In this document: piece after piece, positions 1 to 9,838 of the stretch
How the letters are laid out: every line of letters starts with the position of its first letter
Numbering within the stretch: position 1 is the first letter of the stretch
Assembly: GCA_049724395.1 (NCBI GenBank)
Contig: JAUGWO010000119.1
Location: 62,001 to 87,736, forward strand
Direction: 5' to 3'
DNA length: 25,736 nucleotides
From: Spongospora subterranea f. sp. subterranea
Taxonomy: Eukaryota
Program-made: the position numbers and the translations under genes
Notes under the pieces: generated by a model
Databases searched by the model: none
Seen by the model: the letters and a program-made list of their open reading frames with translations, nothing else
Told to the model about the DNA's origin: nothing

Positions 1-385
1 ATTACTCTACGAGCTGGGCGTCGTTACGGCAACGCAGCAGTCAACCCTGTACATTACCGGTACTTTAGGAGCCGGGCGCCGTTACGGCAACGCAGCAGTC
101 AACCTTGTACATTACTCTACGAGCTGGGCGTCGTTACGGCAATGCAGCAGTCAACCCTGTACATTACCGGTACTTTAAAAGCCGGGCGTCGTTACGGCAA
201 CGCAGCAGTCAACCCTGTACATTACCGGTACTCTACGAGCCGGGCGCCGTTACGGCAACGCAGCAGTCAACCTTGTACATTACTCTACGAGCTGGGCGTC
301 GTTACGGCAACGCAGCAGTCAACCCTGTACATTACCGGTACTCTACGAGCCGGGCGTCGTTACGGCAACGCAGCAGTCAACCCTG
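1..385. repeat. Tandem minisatellite of 58-bp and 52-bp unit variants, truncated by the window start
   Basis: GTTACGGCAA recurs at 23, 81, 133, 191, 249, 301 and 359 (spacings 58,52,58,58,52,58). The short unit lacks 6 bp (CGGTAC). Confidence 0.95.
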
Positions 386-1408
386 CACAGTACGTGCCGT
401 TAGGGTTGGTCAAACCATACACAGTATTGGGTGCGGTTTCCTCGACACGTTCAGTTCCTGCCAAGAGGAGCAAGTTTTGACATTGCCCGCTGTTGAAGTC
501 CTGAACTGATATACAGCATTTGTGCAATGACAATATTAATGGACGGCATAGCCTATTCTCTTCTGGATCAGAAATTTAACTGTCTGCGAGGCATGTCTCA
601 TACAGCAAGTGAAGTGTTCATGAGAAAATACCTTACAACGGCCATGACGCGAGGCTAAACGATATCCGGAATGAGTTATTATTCTACCTTGCACTTGCTG
701 ACTCCGCTTTGAAGGCCTCCGACAGGTGACCGTTGGAAACGGGTCAAATGTGAAATTGCAGCATTTGCCCTTACGGTGGTCAATTGCAGTCGTCTTAATC
801 AGGGCACTTCAGCCACAGAAAATTTGAACCCAAACTTTGTCCATAATATTCCCAAATTCGATTCAATTTCTTCACCTTGCAAATTGGATTATCATTTTGC
901 GCCGAGAAAAACATCATTGGCGAATCTCATCAAAAACGGTTTCTCCGGTAAAGGTCGGGGGCGACATAAAAAGTGAGAAACTGTGTCATGTTGTGTCGTC
1001 AACCTGAAATGGTCACAGACATTTTTCTCTGATCCGTTGCTTTACGTCTTCCATTCCGCATGTTGTGTCGACCTGTCTGTCAGCGTGGGAGAGAGCGATG
1101 AGATACTTCAATAGCCAACTGGACAATTATCTCAAAAGGTGGGCACGCAATCCGTTTTCTCCTAGAAGAGGTTGATATTTTGTTGAGTGGTTTTGGGACT
1201 GTATGATAAAATGACGGGGCGTCACCGCTCAAACACAGATATTATTAACTAGATTTGGGTGTCGTCATCGACAGGAATATCCGAGTGCACTTGGTTGGAA
1301 TCTGTGGAGGCCAATGATCGCCGCTTCACTGAAATATCGTCCTCGAATTTCGACGGCCAACGGACCTAGAAATTGTTCATTCTTCTTTCGATCGTGGTTT
1401 CAACGGAA

Positions 1409-3120
1409 ATGTCCATTGTCGTCCGATGTTCTCTATTGTTCATGCTGGTCTTGGGGGCACGGGCATATCCTGAACCCCATCGCGTGTTTATAACATCGCC
1501 CGACAATGTATTGTGCTCACCCTGAACCGGTTTTTGATCCCAAATGCGCTTTCACTTATCACCAATGGTTTCAGTGTCGAGGGACAGCGGCACTAGCTCC
1601 TGATCATCGCTGTGGTCCCGATTTCGAGTTCAAACGATGCCCGATTGGCGAATGCTGCGGCAAAGACGGAAAGTAAACTAGAAATTATATCCCTTTTCCT
1701 GAATTCCATATCAACATCAAACTTCAGGTGCAGCGCCAATGTCAAAGTTTGCACCAACGAACCCATCTGTCCCGTTCAGAAATCAGTCGCCTCGTCTGTT
1801 GACAATGTTCGTGGTTTTGCGTATCTGGATTTGACCGATCAATCGTTGTTAAGTAATTTGGGGATAGTGCAAGGGGAAACCGTCGCGAGACCGAAAGTGT
1901 GGTCCAGATTACGGGTTCACCAGATGTGACGCTGGAGAATGCTGTACCCAGGATGGAAGGTGAGTAGGATTGAGGGTTTTGGGGGAATGGCGATTTCATC
2001 AAACAATCGATTGGCATTAGGTGTGGAAAGGGACCCGAATTCTGCACGAATTCACTGTGCCCTGCTCAGAATGTTTTCCGAGTGGTGGTGGGTTTTATTA
2101 CTCTGCAGAACCCAATTTTCACCAAGAAATGACCAATTACATAGTTTGATAACGCGGCAAACTTGCTTAAAACCTCGTCGAACGTCAGTATATCCGCCTT
2201 AAGGTTCAAATCGATTCAACTCTGATTTTCTGGCGCCTTTTCCAGTGTATGGGCGTCCTATCCACTACTCGTTCGGAGGAGGGAGTGCAGTATTGCGGTC
2301 CAAAACACAATTTCATGCACTGCCCTTACGACCATTGCTGTAATAAGAACGGAAAGTAGGGGCCCAACCCAAGGATTACCAATTTTTCTGGTGATATTCT
2401 CTAAACCCGATTCATCAGATGTGATACTGATCCCAAAACCTGCAAGGAACCGCACTCGATCTGCCCAAGACAGCCCAATACTGGGAAACCCGAGTTCCTT
2501 TATGGGGAGTTTGTTGCCCCTGCATATGATGCAGCACTTGAAAGAGTAAATCGTTTTTGCCTTGTTCCCGGTTAAGGTGTGTGATGTCTCATCGAATGAA
2601 ATCAGTGCCGAGCACCTCAACGGGCCAATCGGTTTTGTGGTCCCATGAACGATTTCGGGAGCTGTCGAGTTGACGAATGCTGTGATTCTAGTGGACGGTA
2701 TGTTCCGCCAGTGGATATGTGCTCATTTTGACCTAAATCTTGTAGTTGTAATACTGGCGGCGCTTGTATGGTAAATGCTCTTTGCCCAAAGCAACCAAAA
2801 CCTGTCCCGTCGTTGAAAAACGTAGGAAATGTGTCTCTGAATGGCGTTCTGGTTTGAAGTTGAAATTGATAGTGCCGAGGAGTGCGGTCGACCCATGATA
2901 ATCTGTGTGGGGGACCACACAATAACTTCATGAGCTGTGACAAGGGCGAATGCTGTAGCTTCGATGGATTGTAAGAAAACCGTAAAGTGCCACATATATC
3001 AGGGGACAACTGATACTCTTTATTAGCTGCGGATCGACCGACAAATTCTGCAATGCCCATTCGGTTTGCCCTAAACAAGGGGAGGAAAGCGCCTACAAAC
3101 CAGTTGAATGGGTCCTCTAA
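1409..3120 (+). CDS. Secreted Cys-rich protein with five tandem hevein/CBM18-like (chitin-binding type 1) domains; 12 exons, 356 aa
   Basis: Manual splicing: exons 1409-1507, 1575-1672, 1728-1806, 1868-1959, 2021-2087, 2145-2183, 2246-2355, 2419-2545, 2606-2697, 2746-2821, 2873-2970, 3027-3120. All 11 introns are GT-AG and 48-67 nt, and the joined frame (1071 nt) is open. The N-terminus MSIVVRCSLLFMLVLGARA is signal-peptide-like. There are five 8-Cys units, e.g. CKGKPSRDRKCGPDYGFTRCDAGECCTQDGRCGKGPEFCTNSLCP and CRGVRSTHDNLCGGPHNNFMSCDKGECCSFDGFCGSTDKFCNAHSVCP. Confidence 0.9.
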
Positions 3121-3845
3121 TAATGTCGCCAAAACCTTGGCATTAGAATTAATATAGCTCAACGTTATCAGAATCACGATGAACTACTGGATTTCTAATG
3201 CTGTTCCGATACATCTCTTGATGAAACCGCTTTCCCGACGATTCCTCCGAAACAGCCAGGACCTCACCTGCTGGCCTCAATAACCCGACCATATTCTTGT
3301 TCAGCTAATCACGCTATCAACCGCATACTTGATCAATAATGACCTGCGGCCGCCGTTAACCGTCAAAGCTTTATCGCCACGTGATCATGACCTGGCGACG
3401 TTCGCTTTCTTTTCTCGCTGATACACTTGTGACAATGTGTTCTGCCTGCACTTGCTCCATCTTTGCTGAATCAACACAGCGCCTGATGATCATGGTTTTC
3501 CGGATATACACTCGGAGAATTTGTCGTCCCTGGTCGATGTGTTGTGGTTTATCACTGCCAGAATCAGGGTCTAGCGCTCTGGATGTCGTCACTCAACGTG
3601 GGCTGCTGAACCGTTACACAGGTGCTCCAGTGGAAACGCAACCCTATATTTAGATTTGGTCCACGTGTCTCCAGTCACGGGATTGCCATCGCTGTATCTC
3701 TGATCGGGTCACTGCCAGTCCTCATCTGCCTTTTTCGGAGTTTGGATGACCGGGCAGGAGCAATCATGCGGCCTCGACTCGGGGATCGGTAGTTCAGGCC
3801 TCAGAACAGCCAGACCGTAATCGACCCAGTCTATTATTATAAAAT

Positions 3846-4800
3846 ATGTCGACCCATTGCCAATGCGACCCCCTGGTCAAAGATGGATACGCGTTCAACC
3901 AGTTCGTTGGGACATATCTGGCTGAATGGTAATGGTTTGATATCACCGCGATGCCGTTTCTAACCCTTACTCTAGTGTCTACACACCTGTCGACCACATC
4001 CCCTTAATTTGCGGTTTAATCAGCACCGTTATTTGGATTTTCGCCCTATCGCCTCAAATCATTACCAACTTCAAAAACAAGGTATTACACAATTCCCCTA
4101 ATGTAGTATTCGACCCATAACTTGTCGATAGAGAACCGAAGCTTTATCCCCTGCTTTCCTCTTGATTTGGCTATGCGGAGATGTGTTTACATTTGTCGGT
4201 GGAATTATCGCCCAGCAGCGAGCGACCATGATTATCTGTGCTGGGTATTTCTGCCTGAACGACTTGCTATTGCTGGCCCAGATGGCGTACTACAGTGCCA
4301 AAAACCGTCCACTTCGTAAAACAGCTATCTCATTGGGATCCCTCTCCTTGATCGCCACCGGTGCTCTATCTCTAACTGCTCATTCCGTTGGGTCTTCGCC
4401 AGCAGGTCGAGCACTTCTCGAGAACCAAATCGACATCTGTGACGCAAAGAGTGACAACATGAATCGGTTCGTTATCGGATGCGTTATTTCATGGATTGCC
4501 GGGATGCTGTACTTTTTCTCCCGTATTCCCCAAATAATGCACACGTACAAACAGAAAACGTTCGATGGCCTTAACGTCAAAATGTTCATGCTGTGTATCG
4601 CGGCCAATACCTTTTTCGGGATCCAGTTCATCGCTGAAGCAATCCTATCTACTGATTTCAAGGCTGGCGAGTTTTGTGCTAAAACTCTACCATCGATTAT
4701 TGGTAGTTTAGGGACGTTAATATTCGATGCGATGCTCATCGGTATTTATTGCACATTCCGGGCAAACGATCGCCGCGCGAAAGACATCGAAAGCCGTTAA
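3846..4800 (+). CDS. PQ-loop repeat membrane protein (PQLC2/LAAT-1/Ypq-like lysosomal or vacuolar amino-acid transporter); 3 exons, 285 aa
   Basis: Exons 3846-3928, 3976-4081 and 4132-4800 with GT-AG introns of 47 and 50 nt. Two PQ motifs are present: WIFALSPQIITNFKNKRTEALSPAFLLIWLCGD and LYFFSRIPQIMHTYKQKTFDGL. There are multiple hydrophobic helices. Confidence 0.9.
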
Positions 4801-4939
4801 ATCATCTGCTCGGACCCAATTCTATAAATCAAACAATTGTACATTAAGAACCGCATTGCTTTTCATAGTGCGGCGAACGATCAATGTCGACGAATCAAAT
4901 AACAGGGAATCAATATTTGGCCAGTTGAATAAAACTGCT

Positions 4940-5659
4940 TTATAACAAATTTATTTGAAGTGATTTTTCTTCGTTGCCGGGTTCGATACGAGTTATCTGC
5001 AAATATCCACGTTCTGGAGTGTTCATGGCGACGAATAGAGTATCGACCTCAACCCATACAGGAGGGTGTTTATCCTTAGACACGTCCATAACCAGAACAC
5101 GATCACTATCTGGATGATATGAACCAATTGGGGAAAAATGTCCATATCCTGTCTGGCCAATCGCAGACCGTAAGTAGTTCACCACAATGAACGTGTTTTT
5201 ATCTTGCAAACACCTCTTGACGTGATCGCGAAATTGCTCGACGTCTTCGCCATTGGCGTAGAACACATCAACGGTGATGTGATTAGATCCAACAATATGA
5301 AGAACCTCAGCAAGTTCTGCAAGAGTCATTCCCTGTTTTCGCACAGCGTCTTCGGAAAAAATGCTCGATACGGAGGGAAGAGAAAAGAAGGTCTGTTGAG
5401 AGAAATATGGCAGAAAATTGGGAGAGGTCGGACGTGGGATTTGTAGAGCATTGAGCACGTTAACGGCGCTAGCGATTGAACAGAATGTTGGAGTGATCTG
5501 TGGTTCCCAATCGAGAACAATACTGAGGAAATGGCAAACTCGGCGAGCGATGCAATCAGAGATCATCTCCTCACCTTGCTTGGAGTTCAACGGAATCAGG
5601 TCCGGATACGATCTGGACGGTAAGATGAGGGTCGATAAGACCAGGAAATGGAGGATCAT
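4940..5659 (-). CDS. Phytochelatin synthase family protein (papain-like catalytic domain only) with predicted signal peptide; paralogue A, 239 aa, intronless
   Basis: Family motifs QITPTFCSIAS..VLNAL (oxyanion Gln, catalytic Cys), GMTLAEL, VNYLRSAIGQTGYGHFSPIGSY (catalytic His), VLVMDVSKDKHPPVWV (catalytic Asp) and RGY. The N-terminus MILHFLVLSTLILPSRS is hydrophobic. Confidence 0.92.
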   Translation of the reverse strand: MILHFLVLSTLILPSRSYPDLIPLNSKQGEEMISDCIARRVCHFLSIVLDWEPQITPTFCSIASAVNVLNALQIPRPTSPNFLPYFSQQTFFSLPSVSSIFSEDAVRKQGMTLAELAEVLHIVGSNHITVDVFYANGEDVEQFRDHVKRCLQDKNTFIVVNYLRSAIGQTGYGHFSPIGSYHPDSDRVLVMDVSKDKHPPVWVEVDTLFVAMNTPERGYLQITRIEPGNEEKSLQINLL

Positions 5660-6430
5660 CGCGGGCCATCTTGGAGAGCATCTTGGGAGCCGTTGCAGAT
5701 CAATGCGAACCCCTCAGCTGATAATTCACAATGGGATCTGTGTTTGTTAGAGCGGCGATTGACCGAGGCGATAGGCAATGCTGATTCGCCCGTCTTCATT
5801 ATATTCCCTCACACACTCGTACGACGTTCAGATGACCCATGACCAACACTCCTCATAAAACCGCGACTGATTACCCCTTGCTTGCCTCAAACCGCCCTGG
5901 GGCCATGGAAACGCACCGAACCCTCCAAAACTGGAGATCGTTATTCGGGTTGATATACCCTTTATCTTGTCAGCAGAAGGGGAAGGCCTGATTTTTTTTT
6001 CATGATCTACTGCTTCTGAAAATAGCTCGGCGGGGGCAGGAACAAAAACATATCAATTTTGAACAAGTCATTCGCTTCGGATGGGTCGGACGTTCACATG
6101 AACCACCAAGGTGACGGGGGCGAGCGTCCCAACGCCCACCCGCTGCCATGGAACTGTTGGCGAAGCGATGCGCCGGAGCGAACCAATACAAAACGTATCA
6201 GCACAAGAATCAAGTGTCCTTTTGATTAGGTCTAGTATTGAGATCTGGGCCGCCGCAGTGGCGACGACATTTGTGATAGTGTGATGTTGATCCCATGATC
6301 CGATTGGGACGGGGGAGATTCCCTGTACGGAACACCACAATGCCTTGAACCCAAGTCTTGTATTGGCTCGCTGGAAGTGATGACAGGAACAAACGACACC
6401 AGCGAGTCGCGAACCCATCAATCTCTCAAA

Positions 6431-6442
6431 TTATGGGCCCAG
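6431..6442 (+). other. Copia-type primer binding site (internal/half initiator tRNA-Met type)
   Basis: TTATGGGCCCAG matches the GGTTATGGGCCCAG PBS of Drosophila copia-type elements. It follows ...TCTCA and immediately precedes gag-like sequence. Confidence 0.7.
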
Positions 6443-6685
6443 TCCATGACGCTAATCAAGTCATCGGGCCCTACTCGGGAGAGAAATCGAAAACAACTGG
6501 AGCGCGTTCGAGTTCGGGTTCACGGCTCATTTGATCGGATATGACATGAAAGCGGTACTGACGGTCGATTTAGCAGACAAGGCGAGACAAATTAGAGTCT
6601 ACTCGATTCTCTTTGCAGCCTTGGAGTCAATTCAGTTCGTTTGGTGAACAAGCAAGCGACAGCCTCGGAGGCGTGGTCAGCTTTG

Positions 6686-6822
6686 AAATCGTTCTACCGA
6701 AAACGGCGCGGGCAGTCGATCCTTCTACTGACCCAGAAGTTCTGGCACACTAAGATGTGCAGGCGGAACTTCTGGGTCAGTAGAAGGATCGACTGCCCGA
6801 TTCGTTTTCGGTAGAACGATTT
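6686..6822. repeat. Inverted repeat in Copia gag: 57-bp arms 6686-6742 and 6766-6822, 23-nt loop
   Basis: The arms are reverse complements with 3 adjacent mismatches (GCG vs AAT). Confidence 0.95.
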
Positions 6823-8346
6823 GGCGGACGAGTTGAAGGAGGTTACGAAAGCCAAGATCACGGACGAAGACTTCATGATGACGGTTTGCCTCTCAATGTT
6901 GGGCGTGTCCCGATACTCGAGTGATCGAGATCATCATGAACGGCCCGGCGTTGCAGAGAGCCGAGCTGATTAAGAAAGTTGATGGCGACAGAGCAGCGCC
7001 ATAAGGCGATTGAAGACAAGCCCGTCGAGCCCCAGACCGCCATGCCAGACGGTCGACAAGAAGAAAAAGAAAGGGGGCGTGCTTCAACTGCGGCAAGGAA
7101 GGCTACTTTGCCAAAGAATGCCGTTCAAAGCCGAAACAGTCGCCCGAGGAGCGAGCGAACAGGGCGATAGAGGGCGGGGTCGAGTTTCTGTTCACGACCC
7201 AGTTAGGCGGGGGCTCCATGAACATTGGTTTTAAGACCTGGATCTTGGACAGTGGAGCGTCCAAGCAAATGGTGTCTTCGAAGGAGCAGTTGATCAACTC
7301 GCACTTCCTGGACGTCACGACTGTTGTCGTATTTGGAGACGGACGACGTCTAGAAGCGACGCATCAGGGACAGGCGGTGATCCCTCCGAATGTGAAGCTA
7401 TCAGAGGTCCAATATGTCCCAGGACTGAAGGAAAATCTGTTCTAGGTCAGTATGGCGTCGGCGGTAAACGGAGTGAAGGTTGTGATGGGGAACGGTCTCT
7501 GCAAGATGATGAAGGGCGGAGCCGTAGCTCGTAGTGCCAAGAAACACGGCGGCGTCATGGCCGCGACAGCGACCAACCATCAGCAGCAGGAGAAAGGCAG
7601 TGAACTGATCGACTTCCATTGTCGCTGTGGACACACAAACTTCAGGACGATCATGCTGATGAGCAAGACTGTAGAGACGGTCGCTGCCAGGCCTGCATGA
7701 AAGAAAAGTTGACAAGGGCGGCGATCCCAAAGCATTCCAGCAGCAAGGCGTGAGAAGGCGGGCGAGCTGATTCATAGCGATCTGTGCCGCACGATGAGAA
7801 CACGTTCCATTCAAGGCACCATTTACATGGTCACAACATATGGATGATCACACAGGATGGATTCACCTCAGCTTTTTAAGGGAGAAGTCGCAGAAGCTGA
7901 AGGAGTTCAAGGCATTCCAAACGGCGTTCGAGCTCCAATGCGGAATTGAGATCAAGTGCCTTAGAACAAAACATGTCTAATATTGAGGGGAAGCAAGTTT
8001 GAATTGTTTGCTGAATTTTTCAACCTTCGCCGCCATGTTAAAGTAAGCCATTAGTCAAGCAAGTTAGGAACGCGTCTCAACAGCTTATCGCTCAAGATGG
8101 TCGTTATCCGCCGGATATACTGCACCTCACTACGCCTCTGCAAGGTAAAGTACAAAACAAAAGGCTTTTACTACTTTTTGCTTGTACCTTTTAGTCTAAT
8201 GTGTCGAATACAAGTACATACTTTCTTTTACTGTTTTTACCTGGTAATTTGAGTGTAAATTGTAGATTGCCCAACAACAAAAATACATTTCCTGGGTTCT
8301 CCGCTCGATGACAGTAGTGCCCATGATCCCGTGGTTGCCAGACGCG

Positions 8347-8693
8347 AAAACCTCAAACGTTTAAGGGGCAAGCCTTTCCCTCTCTGTAAACCCTTGTACA
8401 CGTTGTTGGAAGGGGGTAATCGCAACCGTGCCCTCCCGTTGAATCTCTAGATTTCTGTTTCTTGGGTGGTCGCGGTGGCGATATGGATCCATCAGATTCA
8501 TAATGATTCTGCCGAACATCATCATCCCTGTTCTTGAAAATGAAGAAGAAGAATCCGGCATATCCGGCCTCGATTGGAACAATGGATCCTGGAACTGGTG
8601 GCGTAAAATTGCCGGTTGCGATTACCCCTTCCGACAACGTGTACAAGGGTTCAAAGAGAGGGAAAGCCTTTCCCCTTAAACGTTTGAGGTTTT
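8347..8693. repeat. Inverted repeat: ~82-bp arms 8347-8428 and 8613-8693, 184-nt spacer
   Basis: AAAACCTCAAACGTTTAAGGGG...GGTAATCGCAACCG and its reverse complement, with a few substitutions and small indels. Confidence 0.93.
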
Positions 8694-8880
8694 TGTTTTC
8701 TTACGACAGCCTTTACCAGATCTAGGGAGTGACAAAAGCATATCTGCTGTGTAATGGACGTGGAACTTAATATTGAAATCTTGAAGGACTGCAGCCCAGG
8801 CGGGCTTTTGCCAACCGTCCTCCTTGATCAGTCTGATGCTGAAGCAAGGTAACCAGGTAAGCTTCTCGCTCACAGTTCCA
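8430..8880 (-). pseudogene. Degenerate Myb/SANT-like DNA-binding ORF of a PIF/Harbinger transposon
   Basis: GWQKPAWAAVLQDFNIKFHVHYTADML resembles the Harbinger Myb/SANT-like helix. After a frameshift, LKRLRGKAFPLFEPLYTLSEGVIATG resembles the conserved downstream block of these proteins. It lies divergent from a Harbinger transposase. Confidence 0.7.
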
Positions 8881-8897
8881 CGAGGCGCGCACTGGCT

Positions 8898-9066
8898 TGA
8901 TGGCTTTCGATGAGGATGTCTTGGTCGACAGTGATGGCTTTCGATGAGGATGTCTTGGTCGACAGTGATGGCTTTCGATGAGGATGTCTTGGTCGACAGT
9001 GATGGCTTTCGATGAGGATGTCTTGGTCGACAGTGATGGCTTTCGATGAGGATGTCTTGGTCGACA
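8898..9066. repeat. Perfect 34-bp tandem repeat, 5 copies
   Basis: TGATGGCTTTCGATGAGGATGTCTTGGTCGACAG starts at 8898, 8932, 8966, 9000 and 9034; the last copy lacks the final G. Confidence 0.97.
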
Positions 9067-9315
9067 TTAAATTTATGGGGAGTGGCGGAGTGCGAAGAGG
9101 TGACAGCTGTTCTGCCGTCAATGTGTCTAAATATATTCTCCTATATTGACAATATTGGAATTTGAGAACCAGGCATTAATGTCACCCCATAGCAGGCCCA
9201 AAACGTCATAATGCCCCAAATGGCATTGTGAAATGGAGGTCTGACCTCCATTTTGGCTCCATAACTGCACAGCCATGATTGATGATCATCCGTTTCCCCT
9301 GGTCTATTCTGGGCT

Positions 9316-9838
9316 GTGCAACATGTTATCAAGGAGTGGGTCACCAAACTGCTGCATCGTAACCCACGTCGTTGCCGAAACCAGATGAGGATGCAGCGAG
9401 AAACCTTCTTGACTATTGTTCACATCATGTTGGAGAAAGCTGTCTCGGGACCGGGTCGCCATGTATCGGTAGAAGAAACATTTGCCTCATTTCTTTATGT
9501 TGTCGGACAGAATGCCTCAAATCGGAAAAACGCGAGAAAGGTTTCAGCGAAGCTGGTGGACCATCACAAAATGTTTCAACGAATCAGTCAATGCGTTGAT
9601 TGCAATCTATCCTGACATAGTTCGCTTGCCGGCACTCCAGTGCCCCCCAGAGATTAGGGCAAATCCAAAAATGCACCCCTATTTTCAAGATTGTGTATCG
9701 GGGCCATTGATATAAACTCATATTCCGTGCACACCAGTTCGAGGGTTTCGAGACCGTTCCGCAAACGAAAAGACTATTAAAGTCAAAATATCCTGGCGGC
9801 ATACACGTTCGACCTGCGATTTACAAATGTTCTCGCTG
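9316..9838 (+). mobile_element. Degenerate PIF/Harbinger (DDE_Tnp_4, HARBI1-like) transposase, frameshifted and 3'-truncated
   Basis: EWVTKLLHRNPRRCRNQMRMQRETF..HVSVEETFASFLYVVGQNASNR / ERFQRSWWTITKCFNESVNAL..PYFQDC / AIDITHIP / NILAAYTFDLRFTNVLA. The sequence stops where GWEGS would follow. Confidence 0.88.

Larger units (their letters stand above)
6431..7968 (+). mobile_element. Degenerate Ty1/Copia retrotransposon, 5' part (gag, zinc knuckle, protease, start of integrase)
   Basis: Frame-broken translations: NNWSAFEFGFTAHL..TASEAWSALKSFY (gag), CFNCGKEGYFAKEC (CCHC knuckle, His to Tyr), WILDSGASKQM (protease), FHCRCGHTNF..CQAC (integrase Zn region), LIHSDLC..DDHTGW..IKCLRT (integrase core, cut just before DNGGE). 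The PR-IN order is Copia type. Confidence 0.92.

Noticed and set aside
1..385. CRISPR-like array
   Set aside because: The units are contiguous without unique spacers, the context is eukaryotic, and no cas genes are present. The same applies to the 34-bp array at 8898-9066.
105..509. ORFs of 134 aa and 112 aa in the 5' repeat
   Set aside because: They are translations of the minisatellite, whose unit lengths (58, 52) are not multiples of three.
500..1400. Possible gene between the minisatellite and the CBM18-like gene
   Set aside because: I found no recognisable motif or consistent exon chain.
2258..3177. Minus-strand ORFs (120, 186 and 90 aa), including a long frame broken by one TGA that might suggest read-through
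   Set aside because: They are antisense shadows of the spliced Cys-rich gene on the plus strand.
3371..3653. Short overlapping ORFs (73 aa -, 90 aa +)
   Set aside because: No motif or supportable splice structure.
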